Positions 1 to 11,190 are shown, counted from the stretch's first letter. The stretch: DNA of 64,000 bases from Vulcanimicrobiota bacterium (GCA_963795855.1 CAWCIZ010000003.1:96001-160000), one strand, 5' to 3'. Notes: generated from the letters alone by a model not told the origin. Translations and numbers: made by a program.

Positions 1-720
1 CGGATCCCAGTGCAGCGTGTAAAACAACACGATTGGCAGCACGGGCGTTATCAGCGCAAACCACGGAACGTTCCGTTCCGCCGGTCGATCCGCGCGCACG
101 GCCCACGTCGCATAAGCGCGCGAGCGGCTGAACGAGACGGCCGCGTAGACGATTAATGCAATGAGATCAACCGCCGCCAGCACGAGCGCGTAGCCGTACA
201 TCTGCTGCTGGCTGACGCCGAACAGTTGAATGTAAAATTTCCAGTTGACGAGATTGAAAATGAATCCGAGCGCGAACGCCATGAGAAACAGCGTGGCGGC
301 GATCTTACGCGGCACGCCGGTCGTCATCATGATCGGCAGAACAATCGAGCCCACCATAATGATCGCGCCCAGGCCGTTGAGGGAGACGAACAGCACGGCA
401 ACAACCGCGCACAGCAGCAGCGCGAGCACCATCGGTTGCTCGCCGCCGAACTCCGCGGCAAAGTTCACGATGCTCTTGGCGATGCCCGTATCCAGCGTGA
501 CGCGCCCGAGCATCGCACCCAGGATAACCGTGACGTAGACCCCGGCAAGCGCCGACGCACCTTTCACGACGATATCGCCGACGCCCGCGGCCGGCACGCC
601 GGCGACGAACGCCATGACGATTGCCATCGCCGGGACGGCAAGCAACGCGGGCATGGTGCGCGTGTACATCAGCGACGCGAAAATCAGGAAGACCGCGAGA
701 ATCGCGATCGGCAGAATCAC
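1..720 (-). CDS. Ion-transporter (IT) superfamily permease, CitMHS/GntP-like; 3' end runs off the window
   Basis: Not in the ORF track; translated by hand. GTG start at 720 overlaps the upstream TGA. Reads VILPIAILAVFLIFASLMYTRTMPALLAVPAMAIVMAFVAG...ILGAMLGRVTLDTGIAKSIV...GLGAIIMVGSIVLPIM, with many TM helices. Confidence 0.7.
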   Translation of the reverse strand, partial: MILPIAILAVFLIFASLMYTRTMPALLAVPAMAIVMAFVAGVPAAGVGDIVVKGASALAGVYVTVILGAMLGRVTLDTGIAKSIVNFAAEFGGEQPMVLALLLCAVVAVLFVSLNGLGAIIMVGSIVLPIMMTTGVPRKIAATLFLMAFALGFIFNLVNWKFYIQLFGVSQQQMYGYALVLAAVDLIALIVYAAVSFSRSRAYATWAVRADRPAERNVPWFALITPVLPIVLFYTLHWDP

Positions 721-2664
721 GGTTTGCCCGCCGCGCCTCCGAGCAGCGCGTCCAGCGGCGGCAGCGTGCCGCCTGCGAAGTAATCCAGCGATGCGGCGTA
801 CACCGCGTCCGCGCGCTCGATGTTGCGCTGCGCCGCGAGGCCATACCGCTCGAGGTTGGACGCGAGGTGACTTTCACGATCCTCGTAACGCCATGCCGAT
901 GCGTAGAGCGGCTCGAGTTCTTCGTAACCGTCGCGCAGCTCCCAGAACCAGTATTTCACCCAATAAAGATCGCGCCCCGAGGGGCTGCCCTTTTTGTGCG
1001 CATGAGCCTGCGCGTCGGTATAGTAGGCATCGATTTCTTTCGCCGCCTGAAACTTTCGCCCGATGAAATCGTCCTTGCGCGCGGCCAAAAACATGACGCG
1101 CGCCGCATTCGCGTGCAGCGGCGGAACGTTTTGGAGCAGATGCTCTTGCACGGCTTCAGCTTCCAGGCGAACCGGCCGTATGTCGACCGCGCTCATGTGC
1201 CGCGAGGCGCGCGGATCGAACGGGTCGGCCCACATCAGATAGTCGCTGCTGTAATCGTACGCGTCGGCGATTCGCGTCTGAATATCGGCTAGTTTGGCGA
1301 CGTCGTCGCCGTAGCGCGAATCGCTGCTGCCGAAGAACGCATACGGAAAATCGTTTTGGAAGCGAGCCGGGTCGACACTGCCTTGCTCCCACGCGCTCAC
1401 GCCCGCGTACAGAACCGGATACCACGTAGCTTCGAACAGTGATTCACCGTCGTCGTTCCAAACCGTCTGAAAAAGACCGAGCACGTGAGCGGCTTTTCCT
1501 TCGTCGATGAAGGTGCGCTCGTTGCGCATCGCGGTAGCGACGTCCGGAAAAATCTGATTCCAATTGCTGTCCCCGGGCGAAATCATCTGTTCGAAGCCGC
1601 CCTTGGCGAGCAGCGATATGTACGGAACGAAGGTTTTTTCCGCGCCGTAATGCCAGTTCACGACGACCGCGTTGCGCGGAATCAGCTTCATGATGGCCGG
1701 ATCGTTTTCGATGCCGTCGTCCCAAAGCATCAGGCGCGCTCCCGACGGTTTGATGATGTCGTTCATCTGACGAATGTGCTCGGCGTACACCTGCGTTTTG
1801 CCGCGCTGCGCAACCATCGCGCTCGTCTGCCCCGCACCGAGCGTCGACGTTTCGTCGGAGCCGATGTGAAAGAACGGCGGATGCGGTACGGCCCGCAGCT
1901 CGTCTTCGATCACCCGCTTCACGTACGGGACTGAAATCGAGGAAGCGGGACTCAGCAAGAACCCGTGCGGCAGTTCGGCGGCAGGCGCATATTTTTCGTA
2001 GCGCAGCGTGTTGTGCATGTGCGCGAACGTCTGCTGTTCGGGAATGAACGTTACGTGGAACCGCCGCGCGTACGCGTCGAGCTGCCGAAGCTGCGCGGGC
2101 GTGATGCCGTCGAGCGGCGCGGGCAGCGGGTCCTGCGGAGCGACGAATACGTGCTCCATGTACGGCGAGTAGCCGTTCATCTTGAACGCCGCAATCGTTC
2201 GAATGCGCTCTTCGAAATAACGCATCGTCGGCAGCGGGCCACGCGACACGTCGTCGGAAAGGACGCGCCAGTGCAGTGCCGGAGCGTCGCTAATGCTCAC
2301 GCACGGCAGGCGCCATTCGCCGCTTACGCGCTGCGGCGAGCTGCGCGAGCGTCATCGCACCGTAAAAGGCGCCGTCGCCGTCGCGCGCGACGATGGTCAC
2401 CTTGCCGTCGGCTCGCGTCTGCAGCTGATAGGCTTGCGGAGCGAGCGCAGCGTCGCGCACGATGCGCACGTCCGCGCGGCGCGCGAATGCGACCGGCACC
2501 GGAATGCCTAGTGCGCGCCACCGCTCGTCGATTTCCTCCAAAGCGCCGGGGTCGAAGCCGCGCTGAACGCGCAGCGCGCGTTTGAGAGGAAACGAGCAAT
2601 TTTGCACTGCAACGGTCTGCGGTTTCGGCAGCAAGTGCAAAACCAGTGCCGCGGCGGCGATCAT
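717..2664 (-). CDS. Glycoside hydrolase family 20 (beta-N-acetylhexosaminidase), split by one frameshift at about 2338
   Basis: N-terminal GH20b-like domain (LLPKPQ...AYQL...GAFYGAMTLAQL, ORF 2290..2664) joins the catalytic domain (DAPALHWR, FHIGSDET) in ORF 717..2300. Confidence 0.85.
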
Positions 2665-3054
2665 GAATGCAGCATAGCGGCGTCGCGCTTGTCGAATGCG
2701 TCGCTCAAACGCGCAAGCGAGCCGTCGAGCTTTTCGCTTCCCATCGCGCGAATTCGTGCGGCGGTCTCGACGACGTCCGCATCCGCGTTCAGCGTCGCGT
2801 CAATGCGCTCCGGCGACGGATCGCCGTCAAAAGCCCGAAACGCCGGCTGGTTGAGGAATTCGCACCGAAGCAAGATCCGGTCGTAGGCAGACCGCTCGTC
2901 CGCCGAAAGATTGTCGACGTCCGTCTGCGGCAGGCTCGGCCAGCGTCTCGCCGACAAAGGCCCGGATTTGCTCGTCCGAGCGCAGACGCTGGGAGGCGTC
3001 GAGATAACCGCTAAACCCGTCGATAACAGAACGAATCCGTTCGAGCGCATTCAT
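2661..3054 (-). CDS. Hypothetical helical protein, frameshift at about 2934
   Basis: ORF 2827..3054 (MNALERIRSVIDGFSGY...) and ORF 2661..3050 (LPQTDVDNLS...) join into one protein after removing one base. Its stop overlaps the GH20 start (ATGA). Confidence 0.6.
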
Positions 3055-3110
3055 CGGCGACGAGCTACGACGGTAATCCCCGCAGGCCTCCCGGCCGAAA
3101 ACCCGATCGG

Positions 3111-4055
3111 ATGGTCATGGCTGTGCTCGTGGGCGTGCTGGCCGCCGGCGGACTCGCGGGCCTGGCGGTGTTCGCTTTACGCTATGTGAACGAACGCGAC
3201 GAAATGCGGCGGCTGCGCTCGCTGTTTTCGCGTTACGTGCCGGAACACGTCGCCGACGAGATTCTCGCGCGCCGCGATTTGCATCGCCTCTGGGCGCAGC
3301 GTCACTACGCGACCGTTCTCTGCTGCCGCATTCGCAACTTCGGTTTTTTCTCCGAGGATTTGAGCGCCGAAGAGACGTTGCGGCATCTCAATGAATTTTA
3401 TGCCGTTGCGGGACGAGCGATCGTGCGGCACGGCGGCGTCATCGAACGCCTGCACGCCGACGGCATCACCGCCGTTTTCGGCGTCTTGACCGCGGACTCG
3501 TTCCAAGAGGAGCGCGCGCTCCGCGCGGCACTGCGCATCGTCCGCCTTGCGAACGCAATGAATGCGCGATGGCACGCGCAAGGGCGCAGACCTTTCCAAG
3601 TCTACGCCGGCGTGAATTCCGGCGCGGTCGTTGCGGGCGAAGTCGGCTTTGCGCAGCGGCGCGAATTCGCGATCGTCGGAAATCCGGCCCACGTCGCTTC
3701 ACGTCTGCAGCAAGCGGCGGAAGAGATCAACGCGTACATCCTGGCGGCCGCCGCAACGTACGAACCTGTTGCGGAGCAGTTCGTGGCGCTCGCCACGAAC
3801 ACGCTGCCGCTGCCTGGGTTACGGCGCCTACAGAAGGCGTACATCATTCGCGGCTTGGCACGGCGCGAAGAGGAAGAGCTGCTGCACTTGCCGCCCGAAA
3901 TCGCCGCCGTGCAGACCGTCATCGAAGACCCGCCGGCGGTTGCACCGCCGGTCGTAACCATCGCACCGCATTTCTCCGGCGTCGACAACGCTTTCCCGGC
4001 CATGCCGGAGCTGCCGCCCATTTCGGGCGACTATCAAGCGCCCCAAAGCTTCTAG
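3111..4055 (+). CDS. Membrane-anchored class III adenylate/guanylate cyclase-like protein with degenerate active site
   Basis: N-terminal TM, then LFSRYVPEHVA, TVLCCRIRNF, ADGITAVFG, GVNSGAVVAG and IVGNPAHVASRL, which follow the cyclase fold motifs. Confidence 0.8.
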   Translation: MVMAVLVGVLAAGGLAGLAVFALRYVNERDEMRRLRSLFSRYVPEHVADEILARRDLHRLWAQRHYATVLCCRIRNFGFFSEDLSAEETLRHLNEFYAVAGRAIVRHGGVIERLHADGITAVFGVLTADSFQEERALRAALRIVRLANAMNARWHAQGRRPFQVYAGVNSGAVVAGEVGFAQRREFAIVGNPAHVASRLQQAAEEINAYILAAAATYEPVAEQFVALATNTLPLPGLRRLQKAYIIRGLARREEEELLHLPPEIAAVQTVIEDPPAVAPPVVTIAPHFSGVDNAFPAMPELPPISGDYQAPQSF

Positions 4056-4127
4056 CCGCCTGCCTGCAATCCGCGGCCGCGCCACGCACGTTGTCACGGG
4101 GAAGCTCCCAATGAAGCGAAGCACGCA

Positions 4128-4661
4128 GTGGTGGAAGACGCAGCCCGGCTCATGGCGCGCGTGCGGGAACGCGACGCCCGCGCATTCGAGGCGTTGTACG
4201 ACGCACATCATCGATTGGTGTACGGAGTCGCCATGCGCATGCTCGGCGACGTCGCCGCGGCCGAGGATCTCACGCAAGGTGTCTTCCTCAAAATCTGGAG
4301 CGCACCGCATCTGTTCGAAGCGGGAAACTTCGCCGGCTGGATTGCGCGCATGACGCGAAATCGCGCGCTCGATGTACTGCGCAGCAAGTCCTACCGCCAC
4401 GACGAACTCTCGGAAACGCTGCCCGCCGACGATACGCCTGAGGATACTGCCTTTGCCAACATCGACGCCGACCGCGTCCGCGCCGCGCTCGTGCAGTTGC
4501 CGCCCGAGCAGCGCGAGCTCATCGAGATGGGATTCTTCGGCGGTCTCACGCATGACGAGATGTCGCGCCGCACCGCAATTCCGCTCGGCACGATCAAAAC
4601 GCGGATTCGGACGGGCTTGCGCAAACTGCGCGCGATTCTCGAGGACACGGTGACGGTATGA
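4128..4661 (+). CDS. ECF sigma-70 factor (SigK-like)
   Basis: AFEALYD, AAEDLTQGVFLKIW, RNRALDVLR (region 2); LPPEQRELIE...IPLGTIKTRIRTGL (region 4). Confidence 0.92.
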   Translation: MVEDAARLMARVRERDARAFEALYDAHHRLVYGVAMRMLGDVAAAEDLTQGVFLKIWSAPHLFEAGNFAGWIARMTRNRALDVLRSKSYRHDELSETLPADDTPEDTAFANIDADRVRAALVQLPPEQRELIEMGFFGGLTHDEMSRRTAIPLGTIKTRIRTGLRKLRAILEDTVTV

Positions 4662-5449
4662 CTTCGCACGAGTCCATGCTGGACGACGTCGCCGTTTACG
4701 CGCTCGGCTCTTTGCCCCGGCAACAGGCGGACGCCGTGCGGAAACATTTGCGCACCTGCGAGGACTGCCGTCAAGAATACGAGCAGCTCCGTCCGGCTGC
4801 GGACGCGCTTGCATATTCAGCAGAAGCTTGTCCTGACGAAGAGCGGGGAGCGGTCGTCGCAAGCCCGCTGCTCAAAGCGCGCATCATGCAGCAGGTACGG
4901 CGCGACGCGGCTGTGCCCCAGCGCGCAAACGTCGGCGAAATGCGCGCAGTTCGACCGATCGTGTGGCCTGCTTATGCGGTCGCGGCCGCATGTCTGATCG
5001 TTGCGCTGATAACCGGCATCATGAACATTTCGGTCAACGACCAGTTGCGCGAAAAGAATTCCGACCTCTCGCAGATTCAAACGCGCAGCAAGGTGCTCGC
5101 GCGCGAACTCGCGTATCAGCGCACCGCGCTGGCAGATCTCGTTGCGCCGGATTCACAACGGTACGACGTCAGCCACGGCCAAGTCGTCCGGCACGGAAAG
5201 CGTTTGTACTTGGCGATGGATGCATTGCCGATGCCGCCGCGGGGTAAAGTGTATCAGGCTTGGACGCTCGGCGCCGGCGCGACGCGCATGTCACCTTCGG
5301 TGACGTTCGTGCCCAACGGCAATGGCGTCGCGGTCGTGCAGCTCCCGGTCGATGCGTCCAATCTCACCGCGGTAGCGCTGAGCGTCGAACCGGAGGGCGG
5401 AAGCAAACAACCAACCACTACACCGACATTCGTACTCAAATTCAGCTGA
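4658..5449 (+). CDS. Anti-sigma factor, RskA type with zinc-binding (ZAS) N-terminus
   Basis: HLRTCEDC (HxxxCxxC), one TM helix, C-terminal YQAW...ALSVEPEGGSKQPT. ATGA overlap with the sigma gene. Confidence 0.9.
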   Translation: MTSHESMLDDVAVYALGSLPRQQADAVRKHLRTCEDCRQEYEQLRPAADALAYSAEACPDEERGAVVASPLLKARIMQQVRRDAAVPQRANVGEMRAVRPIVWPAYAVAAACLIVALITGIMNISVNDQLREKNSDLSQIQTRSKVLARELAYQRTALADLVAPDSQRYDVSHGQVVRHGKRLYLAMDALPMPPRGKVYQAWTLGAGATRMSPSVTFVPNGNGVAVVQLPVDASNLTAVALSVEPEGGSKQPTTTPTFVLKFS

Positions 5450-6276
5450 TGCAATCGGGAGTGCAGCGCCTCGTGCGTGCGCACGAGCGCGCCGCGCTCG
5501 CATATCTGGCGCAGGCTCCGTACGACAACGTGTTTTTGTCGTGGCTCATCGCCAGCGACAAATCGATGGCTGCGCGTTCGGGACTCCACGTGTATCTCGA
5601 CCTGCATGGCGCCGTGCGCGGCGTCGCGTTCTTCGGACGCCAAGTCGTGCTGGCGGCCGAGGACGAGGAAGCCGTCGACGCGTTCGCCGAGGTCGCCTCG
5701 AGCTTTCGTTTCGAACGAATGATCGTGGGGCCGCGCTTGACGGTCGAGCGTTTTTGGGCGCGCGTGAGCAAGTGGCATGCTCCGCCGCGACGCGTGCGCG
5801 AAAGCCAGCCGGTGCTTGCGGTTCATCGCCGCACTCTCGTTCGCCATCCGGGAAACGTCACCGTTCGGCGCGCGAACGCGTCCGAATGGGAAGTGGTCGC
5901 GTTCAATTCCGCGCGCATGATCGAGCACGAATTGGAGTACGATCCGCGCAGCGTCAGTGCAGAATTCAATGCAAACGTGCGAATCATGATCGACCGCGGC
6001 TTGTGGTGGGTCGGCGAACATGACGGCGAGATTTGCTTTTTCTGCAACGCCGGGCCGCGCAGCGAACAAACGATGCAGTTGCAAGGGATTTGGACGCCGG
6101 AGCATCTGCGCGGCCGCGGTTTCGCGCTGCAATCGCTCGGGGCCGTCTGTGCCGAACTGCTCGACGACGTTCCTTCACTGAGTCTGTACGTCAACGCGTT
6201 CAACGAGCCCGCGCTTCGCCTGTACGCCCGAACCGGCTTTCAACCGGCCGGCGAATTCGCCACGCTGCTGTTTTAG
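5449..6276 (+). CDS. GNAT family acetyltransferase (DUF4081-like N-terminus)
   Basis: ATG overlaps the anti-sigma TGA. C-terminal QLQGIWTPEHLRGRGFA...SLYVNAFNEPALRLYARTGF. Confidence 0.85.
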   Translation: MQSGVQRLVRAHERAALAYLAQAPYDNVFLSWLIASDKSMAARSGLHVYLDLHGAVRGVAFFGRQVVLAAEDEEAVDAFAEVASSFRFERMIVGPRLTVERFWARVSKWHAPPRRVRESQPVLAVHRRTLVRHPGNVTVRRANASEWEVVAFNSARMIEHELEYDPRSVSAEFNANVRIMIDRGLWWVGEHDGEICFFCNAGPRSEQTMQLQGIWTPEHLRGRGFALQSLGAVCAELLDDVPSLSLYVNAFNEPALRLYARTGFQPAGEFATLLF

Positions 6277-6282
6277 CTCACG

Positions 6283-7822
6283 CTAAAGCAGCGCGTTCGC
6301 CAGCGCCGTCAACGACTGCTGCGATTGCGACTGCGCGGTAGGGAGCAGCACGTCGACGGTTATTCCGTATCCGTCGACCGAACGGCCGTCGCCATATGCG
6401 TCCGTGCGGCTCAGCGCCAAGCGGAACGGCACGCGCGAGTGTGGCAGCACGAAGTATCCGGGCTGCGTAAATCCCATGACGCCGAACGTGCTCGTGCCCG
6501 CAATGACCGTGTCTGGCAATCCGGCCAGAACGTACGTCATGTATTCGCAATCGCTTCCGCAACCGCCGTCAACGAGCGCCACGATGCGGGTTTGCCCGGC
6601 CTGTTGCGGATGAATGCTGAAGTGATGGTCGCGCATGCTTCGATCGCTGCTTTTCACCTGGGGCTGCACCTCGCAGTTCGGCGTAGCGGAGCCGCGCAAC
6701 GCATCGACGATCTGCTGCAGTACTTGTTGCAATCCGCTGGATACCGGCGGGTGCAGTCCCGCGGCGAGTTGCTGCTGGAGTCCGAAAGAAAGCGCCGTCG
6801 TAAAACATGACGTGGTTCCGGATTGCGACATGCCGGAGGCGATCTCGATCGCGCTTTCAGCGAACCAATTCGTGAGAATGTCCTGCGGCGCGTTTCCGCC
6901 GTCATTGCCGCGCAGGTCGAATATCACGAGCCGCTCTCGGCCGAGGTTCGGCGATTTCGAGAGCGCGGCGCGAAGCGCCTCGTTGTTCGCGTCGGTAAAC
7001 GTCGGCAGCCGCAGATACGCGATGCCGTCGGCGAGGAACTGATACACCGGCTTTTGCGCCGGCGGCGTAACTTGCGGCGTGGGCGTAAGCGCGACGTTTT
7101 GCGCGCCGCATCGCAGGCTCGTGGGCGTTCCAAGGCGCTTGGGATAACTGACGTACCAACCGTCAGCAAAATGCGCGCCGTCCCAGACCTGCACCGCGTG
7201 CGGCTGTTGACCGGCATCGTGCAGCGCGAGTTTGGCCGAATGACCGTCCTGGAATCGCATCGACGAGCACGCCGACGCTGCCTGCGCGAGAGCCGCACTT
7301 GCGGATCCGCTCGTAAACGCGGTGAAGTCCGGAACGCCCGAATGATTGTCCAGTTGCACGTTTTCCAAGCGGCCCCAGGGAGCGAACGCGTCCCGCAATG
7401 ACAGACTTCACGTTGCCGCTCTTCGCGAGCTGCGCATCCCGACTGCGGAACATCGCATCCCAATTCCAACCTCGCGCGCTTGCGGGCTGATAGCCCGAAT
7501 AGGCCTTCTCCAAAAGAAAACGCAGCACGGGTAAGTCCCGGCGCAGCGCGGAGGCCTGCACCGGATAGTCTTTCTTCGCACGCAGTGCGTCATAGAAGGA
7601 GCGATACCACGCGAACGGCACGACGAACGATCGGTTCGAGTACGGCGGCGCGTACGGGTCCGACTTGATAATCCCGCCCGGCGGGAGCTTCACCCCGAGG
7701 GCGCGCCAGCGAGCGTCTTCCGCCTGGATCTGCGCCTGCGGCACGCGAACGGGCGGACCCGGAGCAGCGGCCATGAGCACGAGCAACGAAAGGCCGAGCG
7801 CGGCGGAACGCACCGATTTCAT
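6283..7822 (-). CDS. Secreted S41 family peptidase, frameshift at about 7405
   Basis: Signal peptide MKSVRSAALGLSLLVLMAAA, then IAYLRLPTF, IFDLRGNDGGN, LVDGGCGSDCE and DGYGITVD. Confidence 0.8.
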
Positions 7823-7897
7823 GCTCGGCGTGTTCGCCGCAGATTCGGCCGCAACTTTCCGATGGCGGACGTACGTCGTAGCGGCTAGGGTGGACGC

Positions 7898-8965
7898 ATG
7901 CTGAATGAAGACTTTTGCTGGAAAGCGCTGCAACAACGCGACAACTCTCAGGACGGACGGTTTTACTTCGGCGTGCTTACGACCGGCGTTTTCTGCCGGC
8001 CATCGTGTGCCGCCAGATCGCCGCTTCGCCGGAATGTCCGCTTTTTCGAATCGGCGCAAGACGCCCAAATCGCCGGGCTGCGCCCATGTAAACGCTGCCG
8101 CCCACTCGAAACACGCGATGCCGCCGCAGCGCGCATTGAGTCGATATGCCGATACATCGAAGCGCACAGTGAAGAAGCATTGTCTCTGGAAGAGCTTGCG
8201 CGCATGGCGGGTATGAGCGCGTTCCATTTTCAGCGCACGTTTCGCGCGCTGGTCGGCGTGACGCCCAAACAGTATCATGATGGGCACCGCGTGGAGAACT
8301 TGAAAACGCACTTGCGCTCGTCTCGCGACGTGACCGCTGCCGTGTACGATGCGGGGTATGGTTCGTCGAGCCGCGTTTACGAGCGCGCCGATACGCGCTT
8401 GGGTATGACGCCCAAGCAGTACCGCGCGTTGGGAAAAGACGTGCGCATAACGTTCGTTTCATTCGAAACGCCGCTCGGCTTGCTGATGGCGGGCGCCACC
8501 GACCGCGGGTTGTGCTTCGTGCAGTTCGGCGATACGCACGAGCAATTGGAGGCGCAGCTGCGGTCGGAGTATCCCAACGCGGGCTTCGAGGCGATGCGCG
8601 AGCCGCACGATCCGCGTTTCGTTGAATGGGCTGAAGCGCTGCGCCGCCATCTCGGCGGCGACCAACCGCATCTCGATTTGCCCGCCGATATCCGTGCAAC
8701 CGCATTTCAACTGCGGGTCTGGAAGTATCTGCAAAGCATTCCCTACGGCGAGGTCCGTTCGTACACCGAAGTCGCGGAGGGGATCGGAGCGCCCAAAGCC
8801 GCTCGCGCCGTCGCGCGCGCATGTGCGGGCAACGTGCTCGCGCTGGTCATTCCGTGCCACCGCGTGATTCGGGGCACCGGCGAACTAGGCGGTTATAAGT
8901 GGGGATTGCCGCGCAAACGCGCGCTGATAGACCGCGAGCGTCAGGAAACGACCGCGAACCGGTAA
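7898..8965 (+). CDS. ada: Bifunctional Ada regulator / O6-methylguanine-DNA methyltransferase
   Basis: Zn domain FCRPSC...RPCKRC, AraC HTH, and PCHRV active site. Confidence 0.95.
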   Translation: MLNEDFCWKALQQRDNSQDGRFYFGVLTTGVFCRPSCAARSPLRRNVRFFESAQDAQIAGLRPCKRCRPLETRDAAAARIESICRYIEAHSEEALSLEELARMAGMSAFHFQRTFRALVGVTPKQYHDGHRVENLKTHLRSSRDVTAAVYDAGYGSSSRVYERADTRLGMTPKQYRALGKDVRITFVSFETPLGLLMAGATDRGLCFVQFGDTHEQLEAQLRSEYPNAGFEAMREPHDPRFVEWAEALRRHLGGDQPHLDLPADIRATAFQLRVWKYLQSIPYGEVRSYTEVAEGIGAPKAARAVARACAGNVLALVIPCHRVIRGTGELGGYKWGLPRKRALIDRERQETTANR

Positions 8966-9816
8966 ATCGTCGTCGCCGTGAACGTTTCGCCGGGGCGCAG
9001 TATCGTATTCGGAAAATTGGGATGATGCGGAGAGTCGGCGAAATGCTGGGTCTCGAGGGCGAATGCGCCCGGCTTTCCGGTGTAGAGCTGTAAGCCCGGC
9101 TGCGTCGTTTCGACGATGAGACGCAGTCCGGAGCGAGCGTCCGACGCCTCCGCGACGCGCCGCAATTCACCATTCCACCCGTCTATTACGAAATTCACGT
9201 CGTATTTTTCGTTGCCGAGCGGACGCATCGTTCGAAAGTCGAGCGACGTTCGGGCAACCGATGCAATCTCTCCCGTCGGAATCAATTCCGCATCCAACGG
9301 CGTAAAAGTGGACGCGTCGACTTGCAATTCTTGCTCGGCCACGTCGCCTTCGCCATGCAAATTGAAATACACGTGATTCGTGAGGTTGATCGCCGTCGGT
9401 TTGCCGGTGGTTGCGGCGTACTCGATGCGCAGCGCGTGATCCTCGCTCCAGGTATATCGCACGCGGCATTCCATCGCGCCGGGGAAACCTTGATCGCCGT
9501 CCGGGCTGCGCAGCACGAACGATGCTTCGTCGAAGACGTCCCATTCGCGCTTGGAAAATCCGTCAGGTCCGCCGTGCAGCGTGTTCCCGTTTTCGTTCGT
9601 CAGCAGCGTGTACGCACTGCCATCGATCTCGAGCCGGCCGCGCGCGATGCGGTTCGCGTAGCGTCCAATCGTCTTGCCGGCGCTTCCGCCGGCCGGAACG
9701 GTAAGCTCGCCGGGATTGCCTTGCGCGTTCGGAACGATGATCGAGGTAATCGCCGCGCCGAGCGAGTTCAGCGTTACGCGCCCGCCGGCCGCATTTTGTA
9801 AAACGAAATCGGTCAA
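8941..9816 (-). CDS. galM: Aldose 1-epimerase
   Basis: IGRYANRI, NTLHGG, NLTNHVYFNL, QLYTG, ALETQHFADSPHHPNF. Confidence 0.93.
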   Translation of the reverse strand: MTDFVLQNAAGGRVTLNSLGAAITSIIVPNAQGNPGELTVPAGGSAGKTIGRYANRIARGRLEIDGSAYTLLTNENGNTLHGGPDGFSKREWDVFDEASFVLRSPDGDQGFPGAMECRVRYTWSEDHALRIEYAATTGKPTAINLTNHVYFNLHGEGDVAEQELQVDASTFTPLDAELIPTGEIASVARTSLDFRTMRPLGNEKYDVNFVIDGWNGELRRVAEASDARSGLRLIVETTQPGLQLYTGKPGAFALETQHFADSPHHPNFPNTILRPGETFTATTIYRFAVVS

Positions 9817-9955
9817 AGCGATGCCCGCGTCGCGACGGCTTTCCCGCCGTCACCGAGCGACGTCTTCATTTGTGGAAGAGTGGTCTGCGCTCGTTTCCAA
9901 AACATGCGAAAATGATGCCCGCACATCCGAGCGGCGAATCGCAAGCACGCGCTTT

Positions 9956-10948
9956 CTATACGCGCGGCGCCCGGCAAGGCGGACGATGTTGCGGATACCC
10001 GCTCTCGTTTAAAAACGCCGTGTAGTCTTTTACGTGCAGAATCGACGCAATCGCGTCGGCAGAGCGCCCGTGCGTTTCATAGTAGGTTTGCACGATGCGC
10101 GAACCGAGCCAATAGCCGATAAACGGCGGCGCGCCAAGCGGCCCCGGATCGTACGAAAACAACCATTTCGTCGCGACCGACGAATCCTTTGAGTTCATCT
10201 GCTGCGAGAAAGCCGACCAAAGCGCGTCCTCGTGCGCGCACCCGAACGACCACTCGGACTGAGGCACGTGGCTGGGTTCGACGATATCGGCCATGAAATC
10301 GGCCGTACCTTCATAAATCGTTCCGCCGAGAAGTGTATTCGCGTCGGCGTCGCTCTGGTTGTAATGCGTGAATTCGTGGACGACGTCACCGGGAATTTGA
10401 TCTACCGTAGCCAGTACGGCCGTTTGAAAACCGGGCATGGCCACGGACATTTTCGGAGGACGCGAAATCATTTCGCTGCCCATGACCATGCCGACCCCGT
10501 CGACAGACGTGCCCGCACTATTGAGCGCGCCGACGACAAAATACACGTTGGGAAAAACCGCTTGCGGGTACAGCGCTTTATAGCGGTATAGATCCGCAAT
10601 GATTTGCCGTTTCTCGCCGGAGATCTGCTCCATGTACGGCCGCGTGGCCTGATAATACGCGCGATATTTCGTAACGGTCCGAGCCAGATGAAACGGGCTG
10701 ACGAGACGGTCGGGAACGAAGCCCCACAGCCCCGTCGTTCCGGGCGCGAAGTATTCGTAGGCAAAGACTTTCGCCGGGTCCTTTGATTTTGCGGCGTCGT
10801 CAAACGCGTGCCAGAAGCGACCGATGTCTTCGGTCACGATTTGCACTTTAGCGGGATCTGCAGAACTCGCCGAGTCGGCCAATGCCGGAGCCGAAGGCAA
10901 CGCTATCGTCGCCGCAAAAAACAACGCGACCAGTTTTTGCGCACTCAT
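9956..10948 (-). CDS. Secreted putative Zn-dependent protease (DUF2268-like)
   Basis: Signal peptide, HEFTH zinc motif, YEGTADF, GYWLGSRIV. Confidence 0.7.
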   Translation of the reverse strand: MSAQKLVALFFAATIALPSAPALADSASSADPAKVQIVTEDIGRFWHAFDDAAKSKDPAKVFAYEYFAPGTTGLWGFVPDRLVSPFHLARTVTKYRAYYQATRPYMEQISGEKRQIIADLYRYKALYPQAVFPNVYFVVGALNSAGTSVDGVGMVMGSEMISRPPKMSVAMPGFQTAVLATVDQIPGDVVHEFTHYNQSDADANTLLGGTIYEGTADFMADIVEPSHVPQSEWSFGCAHEDALWSAFSQQMNSKDSSVATKWLFSYDPGPLGAPPFIGYWLGSRIVQTYYETHGRSADAIASILHVKDYTAFLNESGYPQHRPPCRAPRV

Positions 10949-11190
10949 ATCCGCATTCAATGCGTTGAATGCGCGACGTTTCCTCTCACGGTAAATGCAA
11001 CGTTACTTCGTACAGGTCAACTCGATGCGATAGTTAAGCATGGCCGGCTTTGTATCGCGCGACGTCAAAAGACACGAGCAACTTGCCCGGTTCGTTGTTC
11101 GGATATCGCCGTACCCCAGCGCGGGACGAGGTGTTGCTTCGCGTCCGCGGCGGACCAAGCGAGCATGCGCGACGAACGATTATTCGCCGC

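Noticed and set aside
9839..9848. CTTTCCCGCC matching the tRNA-Sec 3' end
   Set aside because: Inverted relative to selC and only 10 bp; it is part of a small local hairpin.
10961..11190. Small gene or sRNA in the intergenic gap
   Set aside because: No RBS, recognisable motif or clear structure.
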